Positions 40,401-54,220 of a stretch of DNA of 64,000 nucleotides are shown here, piece by piece. This stretch comes from the human T2T-CHM13v2.0 reference genome, Homo sapiens. Numbering within the stretch: the stretch's first letter is position 1; each line of letters begins with the position of its first letter. The DNA lies in NCBI RefSeq assembly GCF_009914755.1, contig NC_060936.1; one strand, given 5' to 3'. Under the pieces are notes generated by a model. That model worked only from the letters and a program-made list of their open reading frames with translations, was not told where the DNA came from and searched no databases. A program made the translations under genes and the position numbers.

Positions 40401-42424
40401 AGTCACCACACTGCACATTGCAAGGTGAGCCTGAAGGGGATGGCCCTGTATGCCCTCAGTGACTTCTCCCTGCTCCGGGGAGGTGGGCCCGGGACCCCAG
40501 GAGTGTGCCTGAGGACCTTGCACTCCTTGGATAAGAGGTGTCACCGCCAGCCCCCTTCCTGTCTTCCCTGTAGGCCCAGCACTCATTCACAGGCAGACAC
40601 TTCTAGTTAGCGCACATGGTTGATGGACATGTGAGGTTCCTTTGACCCCATCCCTTCTAGTCTATGCTTCTGCTTCTTTATCTAGAAAATGTGCAGCCAT
40701 GTCTCATCCCCGCCAAAAGAGGTACTCAAGAAGAGAGAAGAGGAGTGTTCAGTGTCTTCTCCCCACGTCCCCTTTCCCCCAGCGAGGCACAGGGGCTCTC
40801 TCTGGGTTTGGACTGGAGCACCTCATGGGTGTGAAGTCGGGAGGAGCCGGAGGCAGTGAGGACCTGCATTGCAGCGGGTGTGTCGGAGGGCTCAGCAAAC
40901 GTGTGCTGCATGAGATGGGGAAACGAAGCCATGTTTGCCGGCATATCTGGGGTTCCCTGGTCACTGAGACATCAGAGACATGTCAATCTGAGTCCCTTTG
41001 CTTGGATTTAATCTGCTATTTGTGGGTGTTCTGTTGCATTCAGTGGGGCTTCAGTCTTCATTTTCCTTGTCCTTTGCACTTCCTCATCATTCCCTTTCTG
41101 CGAGCTTGCCCACTTGCTAGGATGGATCCTGGTCAGTGGATCAGGTGGTGGTGCTGAGGGCTCTGTTACCCTGATGGCTTGCCAGCTTGCAGGGCCCAGC
41201 ATGCCTGTGAGGGCAAAAGGGTTCTGAGTGGGGCCTGTTCCTCTGGGTGGGATGCGCTCTCCCTCCTCCTAGGCTTGGTTCCTCTCCTTCCTCGGGGCCT
41301 GATTCCTCCAGCTCATGCTCTGTCTTTCCTCAGAGCTCCTACCACAGTCCCTGTCCCCCACACCGTTAACACTTTTACATCAGCATTGCACATGGACATA
41401 AAGGGGCACTGCAGCCAGTCCCCTGTGGAGGATCAGGATGTCCCAGCCCTTCAGGGACAGGCTCCAGGGTAGGCCTGGCAGAGGGAAGGACCATGTTCTC
41501 TCCCAAACAGGCCAGTCCTTGGAGCTGCTGCCATGGCTTCAGCTTCCAGTACCCTGTTTGGAGGGCTCTTTGCAAAGAGGCAGAAGAGCCCCAAGGTGAG
41601 TTGAAGGGCCCTGGAGCCCCAGGCCTGCCTGCCTGGGGAGCAGCTGATGGCGAATCTGTGTCCTAGAACACGCCCTGCTGCCACCAGTGTGACATCAGCC
41701 GTGGTTGTGAAATTTCTGACAAAGATGCTGGGAACTCATCCTGTTCTCGAAGTCACCATGCCGCCCATCAGTTGACATGCTCTGTTGTCAAGAACACAAG
41801 AACCAGAGAGAAAGCACACTCAGCAGAGATGTGTCCTAGGGTGTTAGAGGAAGGAACCCCATCACAAAAGAAAATTAGCAAAGACAGAACTGGGCAAAAC
41901 CACCAGAGGTCCCTGGGGCACGCCAATTAACTAGCTGGGAGTCTTGGGCAAGAGCGAGGGGAGGCCAGGGCTTAGGGATGAAATGTGAGGATGGGGAGGG
42001 GCCTCTTGAGCTGGCTCAGTGCCTCAGTCGGGCACTGGATATGGACTGGGACCACATCTTCTGGCCCCTCTTATTGTCCCTACTGCCTTGAAAGGACTAG
42101 ATTATAATTACCTGAAGGACTGAGTAGGCCTAGAAATACTTCCCTAACTGCTTACTCATATCAACATTCCTTCCAAGAAAGAAGCAGGCACGCAGTCCAC
42201 AATTAGAGATAAAAGGCTTCAACTGGAGGAGGTAAGGCCGTGGAGCGAATGTTTCAGTTGGAATGCAATCAGTCAAACAACTAGGGCAATTGACTGGTTA
42301 TCAAACCCTCCTGGGTTTTGATGGGAGGAAAGAAGAGGAATTACTCATAAGGCAGAGTTTTCTTAAATAAAGAGAAGGGCCCCCCAGAAGAAGAGGCTTC
42401 AGGACACTGATTCTTACTCTTGTC

Positions 42425-42586
42425 TGTACAGTAGAATAATCTGGGCAGCCTTTTAAAAATACTCAATTCCTCTGCCTCAACTCAGAGGAGTTCTGATTCA
42501 GTGGCCTTCATAGGGCTGGGACATCAGTATTTTTTGAAAGCACCCCCAGGTGATTCTAATAGGCAGCCAGGGTTGAGAACCACTGG
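42425..42586. mobile_element. MER5B-like hAT MITE
   Basis: ttctgattcagtgg...catcagtattttttgaaagcacccccaggtgattctaataggcagccagggttgagaaccactg. Confidence 0.8.
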
Positions 42587-42744
42587 TTTAGAGGTGTTTA
42601 AAGACAGAAGGCAAAATGTGTAGACTCCAGCACAGAATTTGCTGTTTTCCAGGCTGAGACCAATAGAAAGCATATCCTGATTTTAATTCACAGCGGCACA
42701 TTCTAAAAGTATACTCCAGGATTTAAAAAGTCTAGGGGCTTTTG

Positions 42745-43255
42745 GAAATATTTGTTTGCCCATGTTCATATCAACATTATTTGTAATGGCCAAAAAGCAG
42801 ATGCAATCCAAGTATTCATTCGTGGATAAATGGATAAACAGGATGTGGTATATACATACAGTGGAATATCATTCGGCCTTAAAAAGGAAGGAGATCCTGA
42901 TACATGCTACAACATGGATGAACCTTGAGAACATTATGCTAAATAAAATAAGCCAGACACAAAAGGAGAAATATGGTATGATTCCACTTATGTGAGGTAC
43001 CCAGAATAGACAAATTTATAGAGACAGAAGTAGAATGGTGGTTGCCAGGGGCTGGTGCAGGGGGAAGTGCGGAGCTGTTGTTTAATGGGTTCAGGATTTC
43101 AGATTTTCAGGAATAGCAAAGTGTTCTGGAGATGGATGGAGGTGATGGTTAAACAACAATGTAAATGTTTTTAATGCTACTAAATTGTACACTTAAAAAT
43201 GGTTAAGATTGTAAAATTTATGTTACATGTATATATTTTACCACAACCTAAAAAA
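42745..43255 (+). mobile_element. L1MB (L1MB3-like) ORF2 end and 3'UTR
   Basis: ORF 42756-42995 resembles the L1 ORF2 C-terminus (WINRMWYIHTVEYHSALKRKE...TTWMNLENIML). 3'UTR gttctggagatggat...gtacacttaaaaatggttaa. Confidence 0.88.
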
Positions 43256-46228
43256 TTAATTTCAGATTAATAAGAATCATCTATTTTAATATTTGAGAAA
43301 AACAGAAATGTATAAAGGAGAAAATTTCAAAATTACCACTTGATATCTAGATGTATTCTTTCTCTGCATGTGCTTAATCATGCAAATACATACACACATT
43401 GAATCTTACTTTCTATGATGGCTTGCAGTCTGGGTTTTCATTTGTACTTGATTTGGTTTAATCCTTATTTCTTGACAGAGATGGTTCCATCTCAAGGGTG
43501 GAGTAAGTGAGGTGACATAGTAGGTGGGCATCCTAACATATCCGTATATTCAGCTTTGGAATCAGACACTACTGGGTTCAAATTTGCACCTGTCATGTTC
43601 ACGATCGGTGTGACCTTGGGCCTCATTCTGAGCCTAAGTGTCCTTATTTCAGACTTGTTTGGGAAGTTAAAGATAACTTAGGTGCCAGGTCCCTGCTCAG
43701 GCCGTCGGGAAATGGGAGCTGTAACTGCAGAGTCACCGGAGACTTCCACGGACACTTTTACGTACTTGAGATAGATATTCAGTCTCCACTTCTACCCGTC
43801 TAACTTAGGAGAGAGCTTCGGAGAAGCCCTGATCTGAGATTCAGGAAGTCGCCAGGGCTGCCACATGGTGCTGTGACCTTGGCAACACCAGATTCTTTCT
43901 CGGTCTCTGTTACTACATTTACAAAGTGAACACATTGGGTTTTGGGGTCTCTGGGCTCCTCCCACGTCCCTACTCTAGCATCCTTTGCCTCTCCGTAGCC
44001 TCTCACTCCCTGAGATGCAGGGCCCTCAGTGGATGTCCAGTAAATGTTTATTGACAACGCGTCTCCTGCAGGTTAATCATCAACAACATGCAACAATATC
44101 CCAGATATGACCGGCTCCCTCCAAAGAGAGAAACCTGCTTTATGGCAAACTCATTGACTTTTCTTCAGGAAGAAAATTTCTGCTGGTGCAGCACCATATT
44201 CTGCAGGAGTTTGGATAGGGTGTGCTGGAAAGACAGGGATATTTTTCCCTAAAGGCAGTGCATAGGGGCAGAGGGGCAAAACTCCCTTTTTTATTCCTGT
44301 AGTGCTTGTACTGGGGCAGAGGAAGCAGATGCATTACCAAGAGCGTGGAAAGAAGTCCTACGTCCAGCCTAGAGCTCAGCGCATCTTTCAGCTGCCAAAT
44401 GGAAGGTCTCTCTGTGGCAATGCTGGGGAGGGAAATTGAGTTAGGATGGCTTGTTCCAAATAAAATGCTATATTTAATTTCACTCTGGGAAACATTTGAT
44501 GTCCGGGCTACTGTAATACGTGAAATAGATTTAAGAAGATCCTTTTTTTGTTAGAACAACAGAAAATACAAAACAGGGAGGTTCTCAGATCAGTTGCAGG
44601 TTGCACGTAGGGGTCTGATCATTTCAGTGTGGTTTTTAAGCATCTGGCAGCTGCTGGCCAACGGTTGACTAGTCAGTATCTAGCAGCCTGAGTGTCACTG
44701 TATGCGTTGAATCTGTCTCAGTAGTTCAGCCTCTGAAATGCCTTTCAAGTTAAGCCAAGGCATTCGGCACAGGAATGGGAAACTGTCAGTTTGTAAATCT
44801 GGGATGTGTATTTGTGTGCTTGACATGTGGAAGGGAAGGGTTGAGTATGAACCAATGCTGAGTTAGATCAACAAATATGTATCTGACTATATGATCTAAA
44901 AATCAGCCAGGTAGAGTTCCATCTCCAGAACTGCTGTCCCTTTTATGATGGTCATAAGCGCCATGGCTGCTGGACGCTTCTCTCCCTTTGTGGAGCTCTG
45001 CCCTGGTGCATTTCTGGGCTAACTGGCCATGCAGGGATTTGGGGAAGGAGCTCACAGACCTACTTTACTTTTCACATTGTTCCTATCCCTTCAGGCTTCT
45101 GCCTGTTTCCTTCTTGACTCCTGTTACTTTTTAGTGTGAGGTCAGAAAAAGCTCTTCTCCCCTCTTCTGCCTTCATTCATTTACCATTCAGAGGACCTCA
45201 CTGAAGTGGAGAGACCAACAGATAGGGCTGCCAACTCAACCCTGGAAATGCTCTTTTCTTATTTTACCTGGCCATCTAGAAACCAAGTGTTTTATTTTTT
45301 TGTCCATTTATTTAAAAAAACTACAGAATGAAGTATTTTTGGGGACTGTGCCACTCTTTCGGGCTGTAAGTAGAAAAGAACAAATATATCCTTGTCCAGC
45401 TTTTCCTGTTAGACCCTCAGAGGAAGAAGCTCCAGCCCGTAACCTGTGAGGCTTTATTCCTTGGTGATGATGTGAATTAGAGAGAAAAGCTAATCTTTTT
45501 GAATGACTATGAAAGTTTCTCTGTGGAGCATCTGAAACCCTGGAAACACTTGCTTTCACGAACACTGAGTGCACCCTTATATGTGGAAAGAATTTCAGAG
45601 GCCAGGTATCAGGAGAGGCCCTGGGAGAGTAAGGAAATACAAGCAGCCTTTTGGCCTGGGATCTGGAGGCCTGGAGTCTGGAGGCCTGGTGACCTAGGCA
45701 GTGGAGGGCCCAGGAGGGAGGCTTTCCTTGAAGAGCACTCTATGATGTTGGTTCAGCTCTCTGACATTGAATTTGTCATGAGAACCCAAGCTGCTTTCCA
45801 TGATAGAAAGGATTTCCTCCTCCTCAGATGCTGAGGGAAATGGTTCTTTGCATCCTGCATCCAGAATCAGCACAAGACGGTGGAAGTGGTCAGGGACCAG
45901 CATCTGGGCTCCCCTGTTCTCCAACTGGCAGTGCTGTGGGGTCCCTGGGCAATTGTACAGAAAGCATGTATATAGAGTCAGATAGATATGTGCTGGAATA
46001 CTGACACAATTCAAAGCTCCCTCTGCTCAACTCCTTTGAGCTGAGCTTAATCCATAGCTCTCTGAACCTCAGTTTCATTATCTGTAAGAGTGGGAATGAT
46101 GATACTGCAGAGTTGTGAGGCCTGTGCATGCTAACGCATGTGATACACCAGCTACAGTGCTGGCTCCCTGGTAAGGCTCAGGCATGGGGAACTGGTACAA
46201 GCATTACCTCTGCCCTCCCATGAGACAG

Positions 46229-46338
46229 GGGGTGCTGATATTTGGTGTGAAGAGGTGCTGACACTAGATGTGAAGGGGTGCTGATACTAGGTGTGAAGGG
46301 GTGCTGATACTAGGTGTGAAGGGGTGCTGATACTAGGT
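46229..46338. repeat. 23-bp minisatellite, about 4.8 copies
   Basis: Unit ggggtgctgatactaggtgtgaa. Copies 3 and 4 and the partial copy 5 are identical; copies 1 and 2 are diverged. Confidence 0.95.
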
Positions 46339-46554
46339 TGGGTTCTCCTAGATCAGTCTGATGTAGGAGAGCCATCTTCAGCTGGAGCTTTGGGATCTGT
46401 AGTTACTGACCAGTCTTGACTCACCATTGTTTGTGGTGTCTCTTGTCTTTTTTCACTTGTTTCCGGAAGGCAGCTGGTGGTAAGTTTTACATTAGTTTTA
46501 GCTTGAGTATTATGCTTGGTTAGCGCAATACTAAAATTATTTCCTTTTTCCTGT

Positions 46555-47340
46555 GCATTCATCTATTCAACATGTATTTATCGAGGATGAACTATATGCG
46601 AGGCACTTTGACAGGCACTGATGATGCTGTGCTTGGCGCTGAGCGAGAGTTTACATTCTCTGTGCATATGAGGGCAAGAAGAGAAGAGAGAGAAAATTTA
46701 AGATGTAAGCAAATAAATGAGAGAGCTTCATATTATGGTAGGTGCTATGAAAAAGAAATCAAAGAGAAACAAGCAGAGTTTTGTGGTAACATGACTGTGG
46801 GTGGGGGTTACTTTAAGCTGTTGGTCAGGGAGGTCCCCTCTGGGACCTGGAAGACAAGAAGGAGCTAGGCTTGCAAAGAAAGAGAGGAAGAGCCTTCCGG
46901 GGGATGGCATAGCAAGTACAAAGGCCCAGAGGCAGGACAACCTTGGCATGTGTCAGAAACAGAAGAGCAAGGCTGGCACACAGTGAATGACCAGGCGGGT
47001 GCAGGTGAACTGGTCAAAGGGTTGGCGGTGTGGGGAGAGGGAGTGCTAGATCATGACTGGTAGGGAGGGTGACGTGTCTTTTTTATTTTTAGAATACCAT
47101 CATTCTGCCTGTGGATTAGAAAAGGGAGTTGGGAGGGAATGAGAAACTGGTTGGGAGGCCAGTTGGGTAGGAGAATAGAGGCTGGGACCAGGTGCCAGCA
47201 GTGGAGGTGAGATGAATGGACAGAATTTGGCCAGTGGGATGAATGCAAGTGCCTGGGAGGCAGAGTTGCCAGGGCCTGCTGGGCAGTTGGGCAAGGAGGC
47301 CTCAAAGGATGCCAGGCAGTTTGTTCAGAATAAACATCAA
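46555..47340 (-). mobile_element. L2 fragment
   Basis: cattcatctattcaacatgtatttatcgag...gaagagccttccgggggatggcatagcaagtacaaaggcccagaggcagga. Confidence 0.8.
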
Positions 47341-47379
47341 CAGTGAAAGTCTTGTCAAGAGTGTTGGGAAGTTGGACAT

Positions 47380-47970
47380 TTTTAGATACAGCTGATGGCA
47401 GTGCAGAAGTTCCACTCACCTTGGAGGGTCATTTGACAAAATGTTCAAAGGCTTCAAAATGCTCATTTCTTTTGGTTCAGCAAGTCCATAGGATTTTATC
47501 CTACAGAAACAGTCAGAAATACACAAGGATTACTTACAAGTGTGTTCATTGTAGTCTTATTTGTAATGGAGCTAAACCTGGGATAATTTCTCTCCTCTAT
47601 TAATCACCAGAGGGCTGGGTAACTAAGTTAGGATGCGTCCATATGATGGAACACCATGTAGCCATTCAAATGATAACCTAGAAGGACAGTTAATGGCACA
47701 TAAAGATGTTCAACTGCACTGCTAAATGAACAAACATAGAAAGTTATCTACAATATGATCCCAAATTTTATAAGATATATAACCTCTATTTACATCTCAT
47801 ATGAGTGTAGACAGGATATACTATACCCTGGAAGGTATAATAGGTATACATTAGAGTGTTAATGATAAGCCAATTCAGGGAACAAAATTACAAATTATTT
47901 TATTTCATTCTCTATTTATGATTCTTCTAAATTTTCTAACATAAACATTTGAAATAAAAACTTAAAAAAA
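47380..47970 (+). mobile_element. Old L1ME-type 3' fragment
   Basis: aggattttatcctacagaaa...tgttcattgtagtcttatttgtaat...tgatggaacaccatgtagccattcaaa. Confidence 0.65.
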
Positions 47971-48109
47971 GCCCTGTTATTTGAAAAAACTTGTGATGTC
48001 TTACCATGTCCAAGTATAAACTGAAAAGTGAATAAATCAGTGGGCTGGTGGCCCTTCTTAATACACTGCCATACATAGGACAACCATTTGTATTCAGAAA
48101 GTTTGTGTT

Positions 48110-48330
48110 GAGTAAGTCACTGGATTTGAGTCAGAAGACTTGGAGTTGGAGTCCCAGCTCAGCCATTCACTGGCTTTGTGATCTTGAACACGACGCTTAA
48201 CCTCTAATGCACAGACTCTTGGCTGCTTCAATTTGCAGTGGGAATGAATGGTGATAACAAGAACAAGAATAATGCTTTCACGGAGTTGTGAGGATTCAGT
48301 GATAGGGAATTAGAAAATATTTTGTAAGAG
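48110..48330 (+). mobile_element. MIR
   Basis: gagtcagaagacttggagttggagtcccagctcagccattcactggctttgtgatcttgaac...gttgtgaggatt. Confidence 0.75.
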
Positions 48331-51300
48331 GAAAACCACAATGTAAATATTAATATTTCAGGGCCCAAGTCTTTGACATGGACGTGACTATGGGCACCAA
48401 TAGATTTTTGGATGGATCATTTATGGTACCCTGTCGTGCCCTTTAGTACACCTTTGCCTGGTGTACATCTCATGCAACCAAATGGCCAGCTCACGTCTGA
48501 TCCCAAGCCCTGAATTAAGTGAGCAATCTGAACATGAGGGACAATGAGTTGTCCTGAGTGGCAGGCGGCTCTCAAGTGAGGAGTGCTTTCTCATTCACTG
48601 GAAAACTGTAAGTGAAATGCTGCTTCAGCAGCCACACCCAGAGCCCCTTTGATACATGGTTCAGCTGTTCTGTTACATAAACCTATTGGAAATGAACCTG
48701 CAAAGGAGTTGAGCAGAGGGAGGTGCCCATTGGAATAAGGACAAAGGAGAAATGCACTACCTCTCCATTTAAAGGAGACATTTGCTTTTTAATGGACCCT
48801 AAACACTGGGATCTGAAATGTCACAATCTTTACATACTGGAATGGACACGCACATAAATGCTGATGAACAGCTCAGCAGGCACTTAATTTTTAAATCCTT
48901 GATTGTTCAAGGACAGGGATATCCTACTTGGCTCTGCAAGACTCATAGCATACTGGACAATGTTGTCTGCATCGGAATGTCTTACTGGGGAGTCACACCT
49001 CCAAAAAGAAGCTGTGTGGTGAATGGGTCCAAACATAAGGGTTTGAGCCCCTGTTTTCAGCTGGGATTTTTGGGTAAAGGGAGATGAAGCAGCCAGGTCT
49101 AACCAACTGCAGAGGTTTATTTCTTGGGGACTCCCAGCTCCATTGAGGTGTAGAAAATATAGCACATACCAGTTACCAACAAGGATACCTGTTCCTGGAT
49201 GGAACTGCCTGGTTGGAAAGAATGCTGGTGGTCAGTAGTGCCTTCTGATCCTAAGAAGAGGACCCTAACCTGGCCATTTTGAATAAGGGCCCCATAGCTG
49301 CTGATTAAGTGTGTCAATAGTGGGTTCCTTGTGATGTAACATTCATCGTCCTTCCTGTGGTGGATGACCCTACAGACCCACCTGCTGATAAGCTAAGCTG
49401 CTTGCTTAAGGCCATAAAGCTACAGAGGTATTAATCTAGAGTTTGAATCGGATCTCTCTGACTCTAAGACTCCTGCTCTGAAGTCCTCCATTATCCTTCC
49501 TCTTATAGAGTTGTTTTGCCAGTGCTATTGGATTTGAATTCAATTGTACCCTACGTACATTAGAATGAAAATGTTATACATCGTAGAAAATGAATAAATC
49601 ATGGTTCCATCCCTCAAGAAACTTATATGTATTATTATTTAAGAGTTTGAAGTGCATAGCAAGAGCTCAATAAATAATTATTGAGTAAATGATAATACAC
49701 AAATATATTCTAGTTTATTTATAGATATCCATAACCCCAATCAGATTATGATGCATCTCATAAAAGGTGCACACACAAAATCCCATCGGAGTTTAAAGAC
49801 GGGAGAGAATACCTCTGGAGAAATCAGGAAAATAAAAGTTGGATGTATCATTTGAGATGGGTCTTAAAGACCTGTAAACACTCTGACAGGTAGAGATGGT
49901 GAGGCTTGGTTCCCACCCTGAACCTCCTGCCTGCTGATTGGTTCCTGCAGTAGACCCTAGGTGCCCTGGTTTGTTTCTGCTTTGTAATTCCACTTCTTAA
50001 TGATATCAACAACTGGGAGCTGGGAAATGAAGTTTTTATTCTGATAAACCTGACTTGCCACAAGAGGCCTACAAGAGAAAGTATGATTTCTGGTCTCCTC
50101 TCCACCGTCTCCGATATGCAAACGAGTCACACATCTGTATCTTCATTCTAGAGCTCTCTTTTGAACTGCTAATCCCCCTGGCGGAGCCTCTGATCCTGGT
50201 TATCCAGCATTCTTCTAGATTTAAGGTTGAAACATGATTTAAGGTCATGAATGCATGACCTTCCCAGACTCCCTTGTACATGAGCTCCCACATTCCCAGC
50301 CCCTGTTCTGCTCCACCCCTTGTGGTGATAGCCAGGGTGGTCAGCTGCATTGCATGTTAGTAGTAAGGGAAGAATGGGGTGGTGGGTCCAGAGTTGTGTG
50401 TTATAAGATGACTTTGGAGGTCAGGCTGTTGTTTTGGCTCACTTTGGGATTTTGGGGAGTAGCTTACTTTGCCATCAATTTCCTGATGAAGAAAAGGCAA
50501 CTTAGCATTCTTCGTATAAGTAAACAGGTCAGTGTTGGAGATAATTACATCATGAAGCACCGTGGGTCCCAGAGGTGGGAGGCCTCATGTAAGTACTACT
50601 GTGCTATTGCCATCATTGTCTGGAGGGGATGATAATGTCGTATTTGCTTGCAAAATGGTTTTCTGATGTTGGGTTGAAAGAGACGGTTATGTACCTTAGC
50701 CAACTGTTAGGGCTGTTTTTCTTCTAGCACAATTTATAAAGTGATTTTTGTCACACCCAAATTTTTGCAGGACCGCAGAACTCAGACATTTAAGGTTGTG
50801 GCTTTTCAGAATGGATGAATAAACGTTCGCACTCTAAACTTAAGAGTGTGAAGGCTTGTCAAGGCTCCATTTCTGGTTTGCTTTCTGATCTCATGCAAGT
50901 CACTTCACCTCTCTGCTTTTTGTTTTTCCATCTGTGAGACATTGCTCACTTTGCCAGGATATCTTCAATATGAAGAAGATAATGTGTGGAACGCTGTCAG
51001 CTGCTGCATCATTAAAAAGCATTTATTCAGCACTTATGTAGCATTGCACAAAGAGAATTATAAAGACTAGATCCCTGCCTTGTCTGCTAGGTTATATTCT
51101 AATATCTTCTTAAAAAGGCAGAAACTAGGCAACTAAAGAGAGCAATAATTCAAATGTTATCTTTTAAGCTACACAAATAACAGTAGCATAAATAATTAAC
51201 AAGCACCAATACGCAAAGAAATCAGTTATCAAGAATACACAGAAATAGTTATCAAAAATACATAGATAAAATTATCAGAAATTTCTCAACTTTCTGGAGC

Positions 51301-51926
51301 CAAGTCATGCAAGAACCTGGTTTTATGTAAATGAAATTGCGATACTGCCCCCTGGAACCTGAGCAAGAAGAAGATCCTAGTGGGCGGAGTGGGGAGGGAA
51401 AGTGTTCTGGAGAGTTTTACTTGGGATTCTGGTATTTGGGTTTCTGTCACTGTCTCTTCTCCCTCCAAAGTCAACTAATACTCAGACATTAAGGCTTAAG
51501 ACCCTGTTAAGGGGAAAGGTCTATGCTTTAGAGAGGATGCTGTAGAGTGGTAGGCAACCATCATTCCTCTTGTGAATATTGTGGTCATTGCATTATGGGC
51601 CTTCATTGAATTATGAACCATCATGAGGATGAGATCCAAACCAAGCTGGATGGAAACCACATGGATGAGGCCCCAGAGAGTGAGGACGCCATACAAATGT
51701 AATCACTGAGCTGTCTGAATCATCTTGAGAAAATTCTACAAGTCTGTATACATCTGACTTCCCCATCAGTTACACACTTTGAAAGGAAAGCTCTAGGGAG
51801 AAGAGTACCATTTGCTTCCCCAATGCTAGGAGAGGAAGGTGATGAGACCGAGATTACTAACTAAATTATTTCCTGTGACTTCTTAGAAAAGCTGAACTCC
51901 CAAGGTATGCCGCTTGGATATGGGGA

Positions 51927-51978
<52 letters not shown>
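51927..51978. repeat. CGCG(CA)24 microsatellite
   Basis: Perfect (CA)24 at 51931-51978, preceded by cgcg. Confidence 0.97.
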
Positions 51979-51984
<6 letters not shown>

Positions 51985-52039
51985 TTCATACAGGGGTAGT
52001 AAAACCTGTCAGGAAATTAATTAAATTAGCTATTATTTG

Positions 52040-52240
52040 TGTTTCTCTTATAGTTTACAGCATCCTTTCACTGATTTGATCTCATTTGACATAAAAAGAC
52101 TAGCTGTCAAGGTAGGTGAGACTAAGATTAATCATCCCCATTGTACATAAAAGGAAACCAAGACTCAGAGGTTAAATAACTTGGCCAAGGTCACACAACC
52201 AGTGTGAATCTGGCAGAGACCAGATTTAGATATTCACTGT
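52040..52240 (-). mobile_element. MIR
   Basis: atccccattgtacataaaaggaaaccaagactcagaggttaaataacttggccaaggtcacaca. Confidence 0.75.
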
Positions 52241-54039
52241 AATACCCTGACTTTCTCTCTGGAAGATGGTCAGCAGTCTAAAGCCAATGTATTTAAATAC
52301 CACCTATCACAAATTTTGCATACAAAGATTTCAAGCCCCATCTAGATACCTAGTTTTCCTCTCCATATCTCATGTTTTTAAATTACTATTTTGTGTCACC
52401 ATAGTGCACAGCATGCTTAAGACCTGGCTTGCTGCTCTTAATAATTACATAGTGTCATTGTTTCCTCCACGGAGACTCACAGTGGAAGCTAGCAAGCCAG
52501 GAACTTGTCCTTCACTGCACTTGGGTCTTAAACAGCTACAAAATACACCGAGTTTGACTCCCATCTCCCTCCAGTTCTCGAGCTCTCTGCCTGTTGGTTT
52601 TCAGCACGAGTTTCAAGTATTCTTTCGGCAGGAGAAGGGCTCTTGAAAAATAGCCCATCACAGTGCAAATTCTTTTCTAATGAATGCGCTGGGCAGGCAA
52701 TAAATCTGAAAGGGATGCATCTGAATCCCGGTCCAGGTGGAAGATGCTAAACTGGCCTAAGGTTTTCAAATATGCCTGTCCTTAGCCCACTTGCAGATAT
52801 TGCTGCCGTTACTGCTGATGCCATGGCCTGTGTGGGGAGGCAGTCCTCACCAAGAACTCCCTCCACAACTGCTGGGTGATGGGGGGATTGCTGCATGCTT
52901 TCTCTGTTCCCTGCCCTCCCCTTTTTAGCTATTCCCCTCCTCTCTGAAATCATCCCCTCCTGACTTTAGTCCAGGATCTCCTTCCAGCTCCTCGCCTTCC
53001 TCTAACCAGGACCAACTTTCTGGAAAAATGGTTCTTGCACTTCAGTGTCAATTTTCCCCAAGAACATGAGCATTTCAAGCTTTGAGTGCTGATTCGGGAA
53101 TTTATCCAGTCACAGGAGTTTCCCAGACAGACACTTCATTCTGTTGATTCAGAGTCATAGTGACTCTGTGATCAGAGGGACTTGAGTTTGAATCTCTATA
53201 CCACCTTTGACTGACTTTTGGCAAGTTACCTAACCTTTCAGAGTCTGCCAAATGAAGACAATGCTATTGTCCTGTTAGAAGGATTAAATGATATCACATA
53301 AAGTACCTGGATGTGCTCAGCCTGTGGTGAATCATTATATGTCAGTTCCGTTTTTCTGTTTCTCTCCTGAAGAACTCACAAAGCCTCTTTATCTGTTCAA
53401 GGTCATTGGATGACTTGCTAAGAACTAGGCAGAAGCCAAAGGTCATTCTCCCATCAGTTATCACTCCTACTTGACAATACACCCCAGGTGTCAATTAGTT
53501 TTTGGTTTGACCTACTATATTTTACTGATTCTACTGATCCTAAGACATGTTTTCCCCTACATTTTCATTTCTCTAAAACTAAAGTGCAATCTAAACTAAT
53601 AGGTTACACTTTAGTTGGCACCATTTTTTCTTTCTCATTGATACATAAAATAATGGGCACATCTTACAACTTACAACTTTGACTTGATGGACATATGGTA
53701 ATTATTTTTAAACACCTGACTTTAAATTCCCTGAACTCAAATGGCAAACAACTGCCCTGACCTGGTGATTCTTGATGCAGTCTCTTCCCAGGTGCCTTGT
53801 GCTGGAGCGTCTGCAAGATGTCCTTAGGTGGTGGGCTGCCATCTGGATAAAGGGGCAGCAGGAAGAAGAGTTTCTGGGCTTCTGGGACACATGTGAATAG
53901 AGTGCAAATGACACTTAGGGTTGCATTCTTGTGTCAGAGTTCAGTTGGCTTGTGCAACCCCGCCCCTGTGTTTGGCCCCGAGATGTTTTCCCACACCTTA
54001 CACAGGGAACTCCCTATCATGTAATATTCAAAGTGGGCT

Positions 54040-54220
54040 TTTCAACCAACATTTATTGAGTGCATACTGTGTATTAGGCCCTGTTAAGCACTTGACACGT
54101 GTATACTCTTTTAATTAATATGATTACTCCATAAAGTAGGTACTTCTTTATCTTACACAAACCCAGGCTTAGGAATTAACTTACTTGCCCAGGTCTTAAA
54201 CTCAGATCTGTCTGGCTCCA
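54040..54220 (-). mobile_element. MIR
   Basis: acatttattgagtgcatactgtgtattaggccctgttaagcactt...ttacttgcccaggtc...tctgtctggctccaaa. Confidence 0.7.

Noticed and set aside
46229-46338. Direct repeats as a CRISPR-like array
   Set aside because: Head-to-tail units with no spacers, in primate DNA.
51613-51702. 29-aa acidic micro-ORF MNHHEDEIQTKLDGNHMDEAPESEDAIQM
   Set aside because: Protein-like by eye but short, with weak Kozak context and no homology I recognise. tBLASTn or Ribo-seq would be needed.
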